64,000 nucleotides of DNA from assembly GCA_963650425.1 (NCBI GenBank), contig CAVJKV010000006.1, positions 8,583 through 72,582 of the forward strand, given 5' to 3'. The first letter of the stretch is position 1, and every line of letters begins with the position of its first letter. Positions 50,006 to 61,100 of the stretch are shown here, in pieces. A program made the translations under genes and the position numbers. A model generated the notes under the pieces. It was given only the letters and a program-made list of their open reading frames with translations. It did no database searches and was not told where the DNA came from. Origin of the DNA: Oscillibacter sp. Its GTDB lineage: Bacteria; Bacteroidota; Bacteroidia; Bacteroidales; UBA932.

Positions 50006-50989
50006 ATGGATTTCAGAAGTATAAAAGCATATCTGAAAGAGGAACTGGACAGGGTGAACTCTGTCATAGAGTCATCTCTGGCAAGTGAAATCTCATTGCT
50101 CGACTCGACAAACAAGATGGTTCTGTCGCGTTCCGGGAAACAGATTCGTCCTGTTCTTGCGTTGCTGACCGCAAAGGCTTGTTCCGGAGGTTTCGTGTCC
50201 AAGGATACCGTGAATTATGCGGCGGCGAGCGAGCTTCTGCACAATGCCACGCTTCTGCATGATGATGTCGCGGACAATAGTCCTATGCGCAGGGGAATGC
50301 CTACGGTTATGTCGCTTCTCGGCGGCCGCGCATCGGTGTTGCTTGGCGATTTTTGGCTTGTGAAGGCTATGGAGGTCATTCTGTCGGGTGGAAATTCGTC
50401 AGGACGTGTCATAAGGATATTCGCTTCCACTCTGTCGGATCTTGCCGAAGGTGAACTGCTTCAGTTGCAGAAGGCTGACAGTGGAGATGCTCAGGAGACT
50501 GACTATTACAAGATTATATATAGCAAGACGGCTTCGCTGTTCGTTGCCTCTGCAGTCTCTGCGGCTTTGTCGGTAGGTGCTGATGAGGAGAAATTGAAAG
50601 CAGTGAAGGCGTATGCAAAGTGTCTTGGCATAGCTTTCCAGATAAGGGACGATATTTTTGACTATCAGGATAATGCTTCGACAGGCAAGCCTGCCGGAAT
50701 GGATTTGAAGGAAAGGAAGATGACTCTTCCGCTTTTGGGTGCTCTGTCTCAGGTTGATGCGGAGCAGGCGACGAAAGTTCGCAGAATGGTGTGCGAAATT
50801 GACGAACATCCTGGGTATCAGAAGTTGGTTGTGGAGTTTGTGAAGTCAGCCGGTGGATTGGAATATGCACGCAGGAGGCTTCGAGAATATGTTGACAAGG
50901 CGAAAATAGCATTGAGACCGCTCGGCGAATCCAATGAGGTCTCGATGCTGGCTGACATTGCGGAATTTACCGCTGTCAGGGAGGTATAG
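50006..50989 (+). CDS. Long-chain polyprenyl diphosphate synthase (IspB-like)
   Basis: GKQIRP, ATLLHDDVAD..RRG, LLGDF, KTASLF, FQIRDDIFD. Confidence 0.92.
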   Translation: MDFRSIKAYLKEELDRVNSVIESSLASEISLLDSTNKMVLSRSGKQIRPVLALLTAKACSGGFVSKDTVNYAAASELLHNATLLHDDVADNSPMRRGMPTVMSLLGGRASVLLGDFWLVKAMEVILSGGNSSGRVIRIFASTLSDLAEGELLQLQKADSGDAQETDYYKIIYSKTASLFVASAVSAALSVGADEEKLKAVKAYAKCLGIAFQIRDDIFDYQDNASTGKPAGMDLKERKMTLPLLGALSQVDAEQATKVRRMVCEIDEHPGYQKLVVEFVKSAGGLEYARRRLREYVDKAKIALRPLGESNEVSMLADIAEFTAVREV

Positions 50990-51001
50990 AAAATTTATAT
51001 T

Positions 51002-52108
51002 ATGACGTTTTCGGATGTTATAGGAAATGCGGAAGTGAAGTCTGCGCTGGTCAAGATGGCCGACAGCGGACGTGTTCCGCACGCCATAATGTTTCACGAA
51101 AACGAGGGATGCGGTGCATTGGCTCTTGTCGTCGCCTTTATGCAATATCTCAACTGCAAATCGGACACGGATGGAGACTCGTGCGGAGTCTGCGCTACCT
51201 GCAACCAGATATCCAAGCTTATATATCCCGATCTTCACTTTGTGTATCCCGTTGCAGGCGAGAAAGTTACTTCCCAGACATATATACAGCAGTGGCGGGA
51301 ACTGTTCGTCCGCAATCCGTTCTTTCTGGAAAATGACCTGTACGAGGCTCTTGGCATTGAGAAGAAGTCATCGTCCATATCAGTGGCTGATGCCAAGACC
51401 ATACTCAGCGAACTTTCGCTGTCTTCATTTTCCGACGGATACAGAGGCGTGGTGATATGGCTTCCGGAAAAGATGAATCAGGAGGCTTCCAACAGACTTC
51501 TGAAAATTGTCGAGGAGCCGTCGGAGAAGACATTGTTCTTCTTTGTAACCCATCAGCCCGAACGTGTGCTCAAGACCATAAGGTCGAGGTGTCAGCTTAT
51601 ACGGGTGCTTCCGTCTTCAAAAGAGGAAATTGCAGCCGCGTTGCCGAGATGGACCGGAATTGATGCGGATGCTGCGAAATATGCCGCAGAGTTTGCTTCG
51701 GGGAGTATCGGAGTGGCGATAAGGAGCCTGGGGGAGAGGGATGAAAATGTCGAGATGATGGACATTTTCATGAAGCTTATGGACGGCATAGTTTCTCGTG
51801 ATTTCCAGTCTGTGCTGGAAGCGGGCGAGGCTATGGCTTCGTTCGACTCAAGGGAAAAACAGAAAGCTTTTTGTAAATTTGCAAGCGAGGGAATCCGCAA
51901 AATATATATGCTTCAGCAGAATATGTCTTCTGTCGCCGGAATAAGACCGGAGGATAAGGAGTTTTATGAGACTGCGGCGGCCAAATGCGGACCGGCGTTC
52001 TGTCACAGGGCGCTCGCTTCAATCAGCAGGGCCAATTCGATGATTGCCCGCAATGTAAATCAGAAAATAGTCTTCACGAATCTGGTTGACCGCCTGTTCG
52101 TGAGTTAA
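51002..52108 (+). CDS. holB: DNA polymerase III subunit delta'
   Basis: FSDVIG, GRVPHA, zinc motif C..SCGVCATC, YPDLHFVYP, NRLLKIVEEP, TIRSRCQ; followed by ricT. Confidence 0.88.
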   Translation: MTFSDVIGNAEVKSALVKMADSGRVPHAIMFHENEGCGALALVVAFMQYLNCKSDTDGDSCGVCATCNQISKLIYPDLHFVYPVAGEKVTSQTYIQQWRELFVRNPFFLENDLYEALGIEKKSSSISVADAKTILSELSLSSFSDGYRGVVIWLPEKMNQEASNRLLKIVEEPSEKTLFFFVTHQPERVLKTIRSRCQLIRVLPSSKEEIAAALPRWTGIDADAAKYAAEFASGSIGVAIRSLGERDENVEMMDIFMKLMDGIVSRDFQSVLEAGEAMASFDSREKQKAFCKFASEGIRKIYMLQQNMSSVAGIRPEDKEFYETAAAKCGPAFCHRALASISRANSMIARNVNQKIVFTNLVDRLFVS

Positions 52109-52121
52109 TATATAGTGAGAT

Positions 52122-53441
52122 ATGGATAACAACGAAAATATACAGTTTGACTGCAGTCGCGGTTGTATGGTCACGAGGGACGCCAATGACGAACTCAACT
52201 GCACATACAGGCGCGGATGCTGCAAACTTGAAGATTATAACTGGCTGAAAGGCATTTCCCAGGGCCAGTACTCAGACCTCTTTGAAGTGAGGTTCAAGAA
52301 TACCCGCAAGGGAATTTATGCAAATGCTTCCGGACAAAGCATAAAAATGGGCGATATGGTCATTGTCGAGGCCCAGAGCGGTCACGACCTGGGCATTGTC
52401 ACACTCGAGGGCCCGATTGTCGGACGTCAGATGAAGTGCAAAGGCATAGATGCAGACACCGAGTTCAAGAAAATCTACCGCAAGGCGAAACCCCTCGACA
52501 TAGAAAAGTGGCAGGAGGCCATCGCCAGAGAGCAGGAGACGATGATAAGGGCAAGGCAGATTGCTGTGGAACTCGGTCTTGATATGAAAATCGGAGATGT
52601 GGAGTTCCAGGGCGACGGCACCAAGGCAATCTTCTATTATATTGCGGACGGTCGAGTGGATTTCCGCCAGCTCATCAAGGTGTTTGCAGAGGAGTTCCGT
52701 ATCAGGATAGAAATGAAGCAGATTGGCGCGCGTCAGGAAGCCGGACTCATCGGCGGCCTGGGAATATGCGGAAGGGAACTTTGCTGTGCCAATTATATTA
52801 CCAATTTCAAGTCGATAACCACGGCGGCAGCCCGTTGCCAGGATCTGTCGTTGAATCCGCAGAAACTGGCTGGTCAGTGCGGTAAACTCAAATGCTGTCT
52901 CAATTACGAGGTCGCTACATATCTTGACGCCCACTCAAGAATCCCGCGCGTGTCTGAACCATTGGAATTCCAGGACGGTCTGGCATACCTGATGAAGACG
53001 GACATTCTCAAGGAGGTGATGTATTTCTCATACGACAAAGGCTCAATGGCAAGTCTTTTCCCTCTTGCAGCATCGGAAGTCAGGGAGATTATAAAGATGA
53101 ACCGCAACGGTGTCAAGCCTGAGTCCCTCAAGACGGAACCGGAGCCTGAAACTCCGGAATTCATCACGGCGGTGGGCGACGACAGTATAACCCGTTTCGA
53201 TTCTCCTAAAAAAGGAAAGCGTTCACGTTCACGCGGCGACGGCGGCTCCCGCAGAGATGGTGGTTCGCGCCGGGATGACGGTTCGCGCCGGGATGACGGT
53301 TCCCGCAGAGAAGACGGGGAACGCAGGGACGGTGGCGCACGTAGAGGCGACAGGTCATTCGACAGGCAGAGAGGACCGCGCAGAAATGGCGGCAGGCCTC
53401 AGCCACAGGCTTCTGAAGGACAGCCAACTAAAAATGAATAA
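52122..53441 (+). CDS. ricT: PSP1-domain RicT/YaaT family protein with a low-complexity C-terminal tail
   Basis: FEVRFKNTRK, RVDFRQL, RIEMKQIGARQEA, GICGRELCC, KLAGQCGKLKCCLNYE. Confidence 0.9.
   Translation: MDNNENIQFDCSRGCMVTRDANDELNCTYRRGCCKLEDYNWLKGISQGQYSDLFEVRFKNTRKGIYANASGQSIKMGDMVIVEAQSGHDLGIVTLEGPIVGRQMKCKGIDADTEFKKIYRKAKPLDIEKWQEAIAREQETMIRARQIAVELGLDMKIGDVEFQGDGTKAIFYYIADGRVDFRQLIKVFAEEFRIRIEMKQIGARQEAGLIGGLGICGRELCCANYITNFKSITTAAARCQDLSLNPQKLAGQCGKLKCCLNYEVATYLDAHSRIPRVSEPLEFQDGLAYLMKTDILKEVMYFSYDKGSMASLFPLAASEVREIIKMNRNGVKPESLKTEPEPETPEFITAVGDDSITRFDSPKKGKRSRSRGDGGSRRDGGSRRDDGSRRDDGSRREDGERRDGGARRGDRSFDRQRGPRRNGGRPQPQASEGQPTKNE
53238..53351 (+). repeat. Degenerate 18-bp coding repeat (RRDGGS/RRDDGS units)
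   Basis: GGTTCGCGCCGGGATGAC occurs twice exactly (53262, 53280), with degenerate flanking copies. Confidence 0.8.
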
Positions 53442-53901
53442 GATTCTTCTTTCCATCATACCCGCAATGTTGTTATTGTTCGTTTCGTGTTCCGAACCTG
53501 TCAGCGGAAGCCAATTCGTGAAGACGGGCTCACGGGATGCTTACGGCAGATATGAATTCAATGTGGATATGCAGGACTCCCTTGCTTCATACGATGTCTC
53601 GCTTGTTGCATCGTTTGCCTGCGCGGATAGAAAATTCGTTTCGTTTAGATCTTTGCCTATCAGTCTGTTATGGGAATCGCCCGACGGAGTGAGTTATGAG
53701 GGGACTATGAGCCTTGCACGCTCTGCCATGAACGATTCGTCATATTATGCAAAGACTTTTCGGGAAGAAGTGGGAGAAAAACTTGTGCCTGTCCGGTACG
53801 GCAAGTGGAAACTATTTGTCAAGGCTCCGGAAGATTCATTGAAAAAATACGGGCTCTCCGGCGTCGGGATTATTGTCCGGAAAGACAATTCTTCACGGTA
53901 A
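53434..53901 (+). CDS. Lipoprotein, probably GldH-like
   Basis: Lipobox FVSC from ATG 53434, overlapping the ricT stop. It sits where gldH usually follows holB-ricT and has GKWKL...GLSGVGIIV at the C-terminus. Confidence 0.6.
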   Translation: MNKILLSIIPAMLLLFVSCSEPVSGSQFVKTGSRDAYGRYEFNVDMQDSLASYDVSLVASFACADRKFVSFRSLPISLLWESPDGVSYEGTMSLARSAMNDSSYYAKTFREEVGEKLVPVRYGKWKLFVKAPEDSLKKYGLSGVGIIVRKDNSSR

Positions 53902-53936
53902 CGTGACGCAATGTCATCAAAACAGCTTCTAATGCT

Positions 53937-54794
53937 ATGGGACACGGAAAATTAAAGAAATTCAGCGAAAATTCGACATTTGCTTGCCTGCTTCAGCCTT
54001 CTTCGGAAGAAGTCCTGAACAGGAAGGAAGGGGAAACGTGGTCTCCTTTGAGCCTGAAAGACCATCCGGTCAAGGGGCATTGGAACGAAGTGATGTTTCA
54101 CGGCCGAAACTGCCCCATTGTGGTGGAACTCGGATGCGGAAAAGGCGAATATACCACGGCGTTGGCGGAGCGTAATCCTGACATAAATTATATAGGAGTG
54201 GATATTAAGGGCGCGAGAATGTGGAAAGGCGCAAAATATGCCACGGAAAAGGCGTTGCCCAATGTTGCATTTCTTCGCACAAGGATAGAGTTCATCGAAG
54301 CGTTTTTTGCGCCGGGAGAGATTTCGGAGATATGGCTCACATTTTCCGACCCTCAGATGAAAAGCGAAAACAGCCGTCTGACCAGTCCGATGTTTCTGGA
54401 GCGGTACAGGCATTTTCTCAAGCCCGGAGGAATTATACATCTGAAGACGGACAGCACGTTCCTTTATGAATACACGATGGCCGTGTGCAGGGATAACGGT
54501 CTAAGAGTCCTTGCATCGACTTCCGACCTTTACAACAGCGCCTTGTACAATTCGCCGCTGTCGTCAGTCTGCGGAAAGGCGGCTGTGGACGCGCTGTTTG
54601 AAGTGCAGACTTTCTATGAGCAGAATTTCCTTTCGCAGGGATTCAAGATAAACTACTGCTCGTTCGTAATCGACAAGGACGGAGAATTTGTTTATCCAGA
54701 TTTTGATGCCGCATATTGGCGTTCCGTCGAAGCTCCCCGTTTCCTTCCCGGCAGCGGCAGGCCAATGACTACGGCTCAACCCAGTGAATCCTGA
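53937..54794 (+). CDS. trmB: tRNA (guanine-N7)-methyltransferase
   Basis: ELGCGKGEY, GVDIKGARMWKGA, FLRTRIE, EIWLTFSDPQ, HLKTDS, QTFYE. Confidence 0.93.
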   Translation: MGHGKLKKFSENSTFACLLQPSSEEVLNRKEGETWSPLSLKDHPVKGHWNEVMFHGRNCPIVVELGCGKGEYTTALAERNPDINYIGVDIKGARMWKGAKYATEKALPNVAFLRTRIEFIEAFFAPGEISEIWLTFSDPQMKSENSRLTSPMFLERYRHFLKPGGIIHLKTDSTFLYEYTMAVCRDNGLRVLASTSDLYNSALYNSPLSSVCGKAAVDALFEVQTFYEQNFLSQGFKINYCSFVIDKDGEFVYPDFDAAYWRSVEAPRFLPGSGRPMTTAQPSES

Positions 54795-55755
54795 TGCCCT
54801 TGCGTTCCATCCCACGGAACCATGTCATCTGGCGTTTCGCAAACTGATGGATCGCATTCCCGAGCAAGGTCTTCAATTCATTGATATTGATAATTCCCAA
54901 AACGTACTGGGTGACGAACTTGTATTCGAGTCCGTAATAGGTGAGGTCTTCCGCAGGGATGCCGCTTGACAGCAGTCTGCGCACCTCGTCAGCCATTCCT
55001 TCTTCCAGTCTTGCATCCAGCCTTGCGTCAATTCTCCTGTTGCGTTCCTCACGCGAAACCAGAGTACCTATATAATATGTGTTCTTTGGAAGATAACAGG
55101 TGTTCTCGACAGGGTGTTCCTTGCTCCACAGTGCTATCTCAATGGCGCGAATTGCCCTTTTTCTGGTGTCTATGTCTGTCTTGTTGTGCAGCGGGCGGAG
55201 CGAACTCAGCATTTCAACAAGTTCTTCCATCGTCTTTTCTTCCAATGTGGCGCGCAGTTCCGGCGACGGCTTCACGTCCGGTATGGAATATCCGCAGGTT
55301 GCGGCTTCAAGATAAAGTCCTGAACCTCCGCACAATATGGGCAAACCGCCCTTATCCATAATATCCTTGTATGCCTTCTCGAATGCTTGCTGATATTGGT
55401 ACAGGTCGAACTTGGTCCCAGCATCCACAATGTCTATGAGATGGTACGGCACATCCCCGTATTCGCCAAGGTCCTTGCCAGTGCCGATGTCCATACCTCT
55501 ATATACCTGCCTGGAGTCCCCGGAGAGTATTTCAGCGCAGCCTTTTGCACGGTCATTGTCCAGTCTCATAAGCCTGTTGAGTTTGCGTGCAAGTTCCACC
55601 GCATACTTCGTCTTGCCGGATGCGGTCGGTCCGAGTACACAGATGAGGTCAATCTCCCCGTTTTTGATTTTGTCGAGAATTTCTTTCGCGGAAATCGTCT
55701 CCGGCTCGGGTAAATCTGCGATGTAGGTGTTGCTGTATGGATTCTTTGTTGGCAT
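54769..55755 (-). CDS. miaA: tRNA dimethylallyltransferase
   Basis: LGPTASGKT, DSRQVYRGMDIGTGKD, YHLIDI, CGGSGLY, QFAKRQMTWFR. Overlaps the trmB 3' end by 26 nt. Confidence 0.93.
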   Translation of the reverse strand: MPTKNPYSNTYIADLPEPETISAKEILDKIKNGEIDLICVLGPTASGKTKYAVELARKLNRLMRLDNDRAKGCAEILSGDSRQVYRGMDIGTGKDLGEYGDVPYHLIDIVDAGTKFDLYQYQQAFEKAYKDIMDKGGLPILCGGSGLYLEAATCGYSIPDVKPSPELRATLEEKTMEELVEMLSSLRPLHNKTDIDTRKRAIRAIEIALWSKEHPVENTCYLPKNTYYIGTLVSREERNRRIDARLDARLEEGMADEVRRLLSSGIPAEDLTYYGLEYKFVTQYVLGIININELKTLLGNAIHQFAKRQMTWFRGMERKGIRIHWVEP

Positions 55756-55792
55756 AATGTTATCCGGAAGGACTGGCTGTATCCGGTGCCGA

Positions 55793-55839
55793 CAAAATTA
55801 TAAAGAATTTTCCATTTCCTGCCGTATTCATTATCTTTG
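55793..55839. promoter_or_regulatory. Divergent -7 boxes for miaA and smpB
   Basis: TAATTTTG on the minus strand (55800-55793) and TATCTTTG on the plus strand (55832-55839). Confidence 0.65.
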
Positions 55840-55893
55840 TGGTCCGCTCCGTGTGCCGGCGAACGTGCCGGAGTCGGTCGAAAACAGCGTCTT

Positions 55894-56358
55894 ATGCGAA
55901 AAGAGAAAGTAAAGAACAGAGTCAATATCAACAACAAGAGGGCCTCATTCGATTATGAGTTCCTTGAGACTTATCAGGCCGGCATTGTGCTGTACGGTAC
56001 GGAGATAAAGTCAATCCGCGCCGGAAAAGCCTCGATGTCCGATGCTTTCTGCTATTTCGACAAGGGACAGCTCTATGTGCGCGGCATCAACATCGCACTT
56101 TATGCCTGGGGCTCCTGGGGACAGCACGCTCCTCTCCGCGACAGAAAATTGCTTCTGCAGAAGCGCGAACTGGTTCATCTTCAGCAGAAAGTAAAAGAAA
56201 AGGGCCTCACCATCGTTGCGGTAAGGCTCTATATCTCAGAAAACGGCTATGCCAAGCTTACAATCGCACTGGCGCGGGGCAAGAAGCAGTACGACAAGCG
56301 TGAATCCATAAAGGAAAAGGACTTGCGCCGCGCGATGGACCGCGGAGAGGCGCTGTAG
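55894..56358 (+). CDS. smpB: SsrA-binding protein
   Basis: [45 protein letters not shown]; start taken at ATG 55894. Confidence 0.96.
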   Translation: MRKEKVKNRVNINNKRASFDYEFLETYQAGIVLYGTEIKSIRAGKASMSDAFCYFDKGQLYVRGINIALYAWGSWGQHAPLRDRKLLLQKRELVHLQQKVKEKGLTIVAVRLYISENGYAKLTIALARGKKQYDKRESIKEKDLRRAMDRGEAL

Positions 56359-56370
56359 CCCGCCAGTCCG

Positions 56371-57687
56371 TTATAGTCCGAACGCTTCCTTGACTTTGTC
56401 AACCGAGTCCAGAAGTTCCCATCCGAAGAACTGCAGCACTTTCTCCACTTCCTTTCCGTTGCGGATGACTTTCACAGCCTTTGTGTAAGGCTTTCTGCCC
56501 ACGTGTCCGTAACTTGCAGTCGGTTCGTAAATAGGGTTCTTCAACTGGAATTTCTCGATGATTTTTGCCGGGCGCAGGTCGAATATCTCTCCGGTTTTCT
56601 CGGCGATGAATGCGTCATCCAATCCTTTTACAGCTGTGCCGTAAGTATTTACGAATATGCTCACAGGTTTTGCCACGCCTATTGCGTAGGCGAGCTGCAC
56701 AAGCACTTCATCAGCCACTCCTGCCGCTACCAGGTTCTTGGCAATGTATCTGGCGGCGTATGCTGCACTGCGGTCCACCTTTGAAGGGTCTTTGCCGGAG
56801 AATGCTCCGCCGCCGTGTGCTCCGCGTCCGCCGTAGGTGTCCACGATTATCTTGCGTCCGGTGAGGCCGGTGTCCCCGTGAGGCCCGCCGATGACGAACT
56901 TTCCTGTAGGGTTCACGTGCAGAATGAAGTCGTTTTTGAAGAGTTCTGCAGTCTTTTCCGGCAGCGATGCTATGACTTTCGGCAGCAGTATCTCCCTTAC
57001 GTCCTTCTCTATCTTGTCGTGCATTGCCTTGTCAACTCTCACCTGTCCGAACTGTCGCACAGCCTCGTCATACTTCATATTGCCGAGCTCCGGGGCTACA
57101 AACTCGTCGTGCTGAGTGGAAACCACAATAGTGTGTACGCGTACAGGGTGATTGTGTTCGTCGTACTCTATCGTGAACTGCGACTTTGCGTCCGGTCTGA
57201 GATACGGCATAAGTTCCAGACTCTTCTTTCGGATGTCCGCAAGAATCTGAAGCGTAAGATGTGAGAGGGCGAGCGGAAGAGGCATATATTCCTCAGTGTC
57301 GCGGCAGGCATATCCGAACATCATACCCTGGTCACCGGCTCCTTGGTCTTCCGGGTTGGACCGTACCACACCTCTGTTTATGTCAGCGCTCTGCTCGTGG
57401 ATTGCGGACAGCACACCGCACGAATTGCCGTCAAACATGTAGTCGGCCTTGTTGTATCCGATTTTGTTGATGACTTTGCGGACTGTTCCCTGAATGTCCA
57501 CGTATGCGTTTTCCGCGCGGACTTCACCGCCTACTACGACGAGTCCGGTACTGCAGAATGTCTCGCAAGCTACTTTTGATTCCGCGTCCTGACGGAGAAA
57601 TTCGTCAAGAACGGCGTCTGAAATCTGATCGGCAACTTTGTCCGGATGTCCCTCCGATACGGATTCTGATGTAAATAAATAATGCAT
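56371..57687 (-). CDS. metK: S-adenosylmethionine synthetase
   Basis: [63 protein letters not shown]. Confidence 0.98.
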   Translation of the reverse strand: MHYLFTSESVSEGHPDKVADQISDAVLDEFLRQDAESKVACETFCSTGLVVVGGEVRAENAYVDIQGTVRKVINKIGYNKADYMFDGNSCGVLSAIHEQSADINRGVVRSNPEDQGAGDQGMMFGYACRDTEEYMPLPLALSHLTLQILADIRKKSLELMPYLRPDAKSQFTIEYDEHNHPVRVHTIVVSTQHDEFVAPELGNMKYDEAVRQFGQVRVDKAMHDKIEKDVREILLPKVIASLPEKTAELFKNDFILHVNPTGKFVIGGPHGDTGLTGRKIIVDTYGGRGAHGGGAFSGKDPSKVDRSAAYAARYIAKNLVAAGVADEVLVQLAYAIGVAKPVSIFVNTYGTAVKGLDDAFIAEKTGEIFDLRPAKIIEKFQLKNPIYEPTASYGHVGRKPYTKAVKVIRNGKEVEKVLQFFGWELLDSVDKVKEAFGL

Positions 57688-57738
57688 ATATGTGTTTTAT
57701 AATCCAATTTGTGTACTGAACCAGCTTCTTCAGGACAC

Positions 57739-57767
57739 AAAAAAACGTCCCACAATCGTGGAGACGT
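57739..57767 (-). terminator. Intrinsic terminator in the metK leader (riboswitch expression platform)
   Basis: Minus strand reads ACGUCUCCAC-GAUU-GUGGGACGU followed by a U tract, about 50 nt upstream of the metK ATG. Confidence 0.8.
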
Positions 57768-57821
57768 AACAAAAACACAAAACATTGATATGAAAAGTGG
57801 CTGCCTGTACGGCTGCCGAAG

Positions 57822-57873
57822 TCAACATTTTAGCATTTTTTTACGTGGTTGCAAGCAGGCAAATCTCTCCACG
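57822..57873 (-). ncRNA. SAM-II-class riboswitch aptamer
   Basis: Minus strand CGUGG-AGAGAUUUGCCUGCUUGCAA-CCACG-UAAAAAAAUGCUAAAAUG: P1 CGUGG/CCACG with the GAUUU, UUGC and GCUAAA elements of the SAM-II pseudoknot, located upstream of metK. Confidence 0.8.
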
Positions 57874-57883
57874 ATTGTGAGCG

Positions 57884-57915
57884 CAAAGGTACAACGCCGA
57901 TTTTATATTGACAAA
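57884..57915 (-). promoter_or_regulatory. metK promoter
   Basis: TTTG (57915-57912), a 20-nt spacer, then TACCTTTG (57891-57884), directly before the riboswitch. Confidence 0.8.
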
Positions 57916-58115
57916 TATTTTTATCGGATATAATGTGGCCTGAAAAAACCGAATGAGGACTTAAATCGGTCATAGAGCACTACAGCGTCATTTTTCAGGT
58001 TGAGAATTTTATAAATCATTAAGTCTTAGCTGTGTTGGAATAAAACTTTAATGGTTTTAGGTTTTTGGAATTGTAATTAAAATCCTAAATTTGCGGCAAA
58101 ATAATAACAATCTCT

Positions 58116-61100
58116 ATGAATTATTCTTTAAAGCATTTGTTGCTTGCCGGCATCGCAATGTTGGCAGGCACGCTAGCCTATGCTCAGGTGACCACGTCCT
58201 CGATGAGCGGACGTGTCGCTGATGAAAAGGGAGTGCCGATGACCGGAGCCGCTGTTGTAGCGGTCCACGAGCCTTCAGGTACTGTTTACGCATCAGTTGT
58301 TAACCAGAACGGTCAGTATACCATCAACGGTATGCGTTCAGGAGGCCCATACAAAGTTGAGGTCTCAATGCTCGGTTACAACTCCATTGTCTTCAAAGAT
58401 GTAACTCTTCAGCTTGCTGAGAACTACAATCTTAACGCAACACTCAAGGAGTCTACCGAATTTCTTGAGCAGGTAGTTGTGGTCGGTACTGCAAAATCAA
58501 AATTCAGCAATGAAAAGACCGGTGCCGCTACCAACATCAATAATTCACAGATTACTTCGCTGCCTACAGTAAGCAGAAGCATCACCGATGTTACCAGACT
58601 CTCACCTTACGGCGGAAACGGAATGTCCTTCGCAGGTGCTGACGGACGTACAGCCAACTTCACTGTTGACGGTGCGAACTTCAACAACAACTTCGGTCTT
58701 AGCTCAAATCTTCCTGGTGGCGGCAGCCCTATTTCCATCGATGCAATCGATGAACTTCAGGTGGTGATTTCTCCATTTGATGTACGTCAGACCAACTTCA
58801 TCGGTGGCGGTGTCAATGCGATTACCAAATCAGGTACAAACACCTTCAAGGGAACTGCTTACGTATATCATAAGAACGAGAATCTCCGTGGTGACACAAT
58901 CGGAGGCGAGCAGATTTCCGGCGCACGTGCAAAAGACCGTAAAACTACATACGGTTTCACACTCGGCGGGCCAATCGTGAAGAACAAACTCTTCTTCTTC
59001 GTGAACTTCGAGTATGTGAAGACTCCTACAGTCGCTAACAGATGGAGAGGTTCAGAGGATGGCGTTGCCGATGCCAACAACTATCTCTCACGTACGAAAC
59101 TTTCTGACCTTAAGGCTGTTTCAGATTTCGTAAAACAGAAATACGGCTACGATACAGGTTCTTGGACTAGCTTCCCTGCAGATGAGAGCAATATGAAAGT
59201 GCTCGCCCGCATTGACTGGAACATCAACGAGAAGAACCATCTCGCAGTAAGATACAACTACACATTGAATGAAGGTTGGAACGCTCCTAACGGAACATCA
59301 ATGGACGGTGGTACCAGAGCTTCAGGATACCGTACTTCACAGTACTCAATGTCTTTCGCAAACTCAATGTACGCAGTCGACAACCTCGTTCATTCAGTTT
59401 CACTTGACTTGAACAGCCGTATCAACGACAAGCTTTCAAACCAGTTCCTCGCTACATTCTCCAAACTCGATGACGTGCGCGATACCAAATCGAACGAATT
59501 CCCGTTCATCGATATTCTCGACGGAAACGGCCAGAACTATATGGCCCTCGGATATGAGCTCTTTACATGGAACAACGCAGTGCACAACACTGTTGCCAAT
59601 GTAAGGGATGACATTACCTGGTATCTTGGAAACCATACAATTACAGGAGGTCTTCGCTATGAGTATCAGTTGGCTGACAATGCCTATATGAGAAACGGTT
59701 CCGGATATTACCGTTACAAGACTCTTGATGATTTCCTCAACGGTGCTGAGCCTGAGATCGTTAACCTTACTTATGGTTACAACGGTGACAAGAACCCTGC
59801 AGCAACAGTACGTTTCCACCAGGCAAGTATCTATGCACAGGACGAGTGGGCCGCAACCGAGAAGTTCAAACTTACTTACGGTGTGCGTTTCGACGGACTG
59901 TTCTTTGACAATGGTGACCTTGTTACAAACAATGCAATCAAGGCGCTTACCTATTATCCTAAGGTTTACGATTTCAAAGCCAAGCACATCGACACAGGTA
60001 AATGGCCTGACACACAGGTTTCCATCTCTCCTCGTGTAGGTTTCAGCTGGGATGTCCTCGGAAACAAGAGCCTCAAGGTTCGCGGCGGTACCGGTCTTTT
60101 CGTAGGTCGTCTTCCGCTCGTATTCTTCACCAATATGCCGACCAACAGCGGTTCTGTTCAGTATCAGGCACAGATCAATGCTTCCAATGCAGCTAAGAAA
60201 GGCTTCTCAATGTCAGAGTTCGCCGGCGGTCTTGTTACAGATTCAAAAGGCAAGGCAACAGTTGACGCTTTGTACAAGAAACTCATAAGCCTCGGCTATC
60301 CTGCAAACTACACCTCAAAAGACGGTACAGTTCCTTCTTCAATCAGTGCAGTTGACAGCAAGTTCAAAATGCCTCAGGTATGGAAGACCTCTCTCGCCAT
60401 TGATTACTCATTCCCTACTTCATTCCCATTCTCAATGTCTGTTGAGGGAATCTACAACAAGACAATCAACGGTGTGATGATTTCAGACTGGAGTATCAAG
60501 GATGTACGCGGTTTCGCCAAATTCAACGGTGTGGATAACCGTCCTATCTATCCTGAAAGCTTCCGCAACGGTACCAAGGCATTCGTCCTTGAGAATACCA
60601 ACAAGGGTTACGGCTATTCTGCAAGCGCTTCAATGAATATGTCTCCTATTCCGGAGTTGAACATTATGGCAGCTTACACGCATACCGTTTCAAAGGAAAT
60701 CACAAGTATGCCGGGTTCAGCAGCAGAGTCTGCGTTCACATACGTGCCTACATACGCCGGTCCTAACAACATCAAGCTTCATAACGCAATCAACGTCATC
60801 CCCGAAAGATTCATCGCTTCCATAACTCACAACGACCATTGCGGCAACCACTTCAGCCTCATCTACGAGACTTGGAAAGGTTCAAGCAATTACTCGTATA
60901 TGACTACAAACGATATGAACGGTGACGGATACGCTTACGATGCAATCTACATTCCTACAGATGCCCAGGTAGCCAACAAGGAATTCCGTTTCGTGTCAGA
61001 CAACGACCGTGACAGATTTATGGCATTCGTTCACAAGGACAAATACCTCAGCAAGCATCAGGGTGAGTATGCTGAAGCTTACAGCGTATATTCTCCGTGG

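Noticed and set aside
51080..51130. Degenerate Walker A in holB (HENEGCGAL) as a sign of pseudogenisation
   Set aside because: Delta' is a catalytically inactive clamp-loader subunit. The zinc motif and SRC motif are intact and the ORF is full length.
55837..56370. tmRNA (ssrA) next to smpB
   Set aside because: The flanking gaps are too short and no tRNA-like tmRNA ends were seen.
57751..57879. 14-bp inverted repeats as an invertible (phase-variable) promoter
   Set aside because: The promoter lies outside the repeats, no recombinase is nearby, and the repeats are fully explained by the riboswitch antiterminator.
57939..57999. CCTGAAAAA / TTTTTCAGG inverted repeat between the metK and TBDT promoters
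   Set aside because: It is only 9 bp and A/T-rich with a long loop, too weak to call an operator or RNA element.
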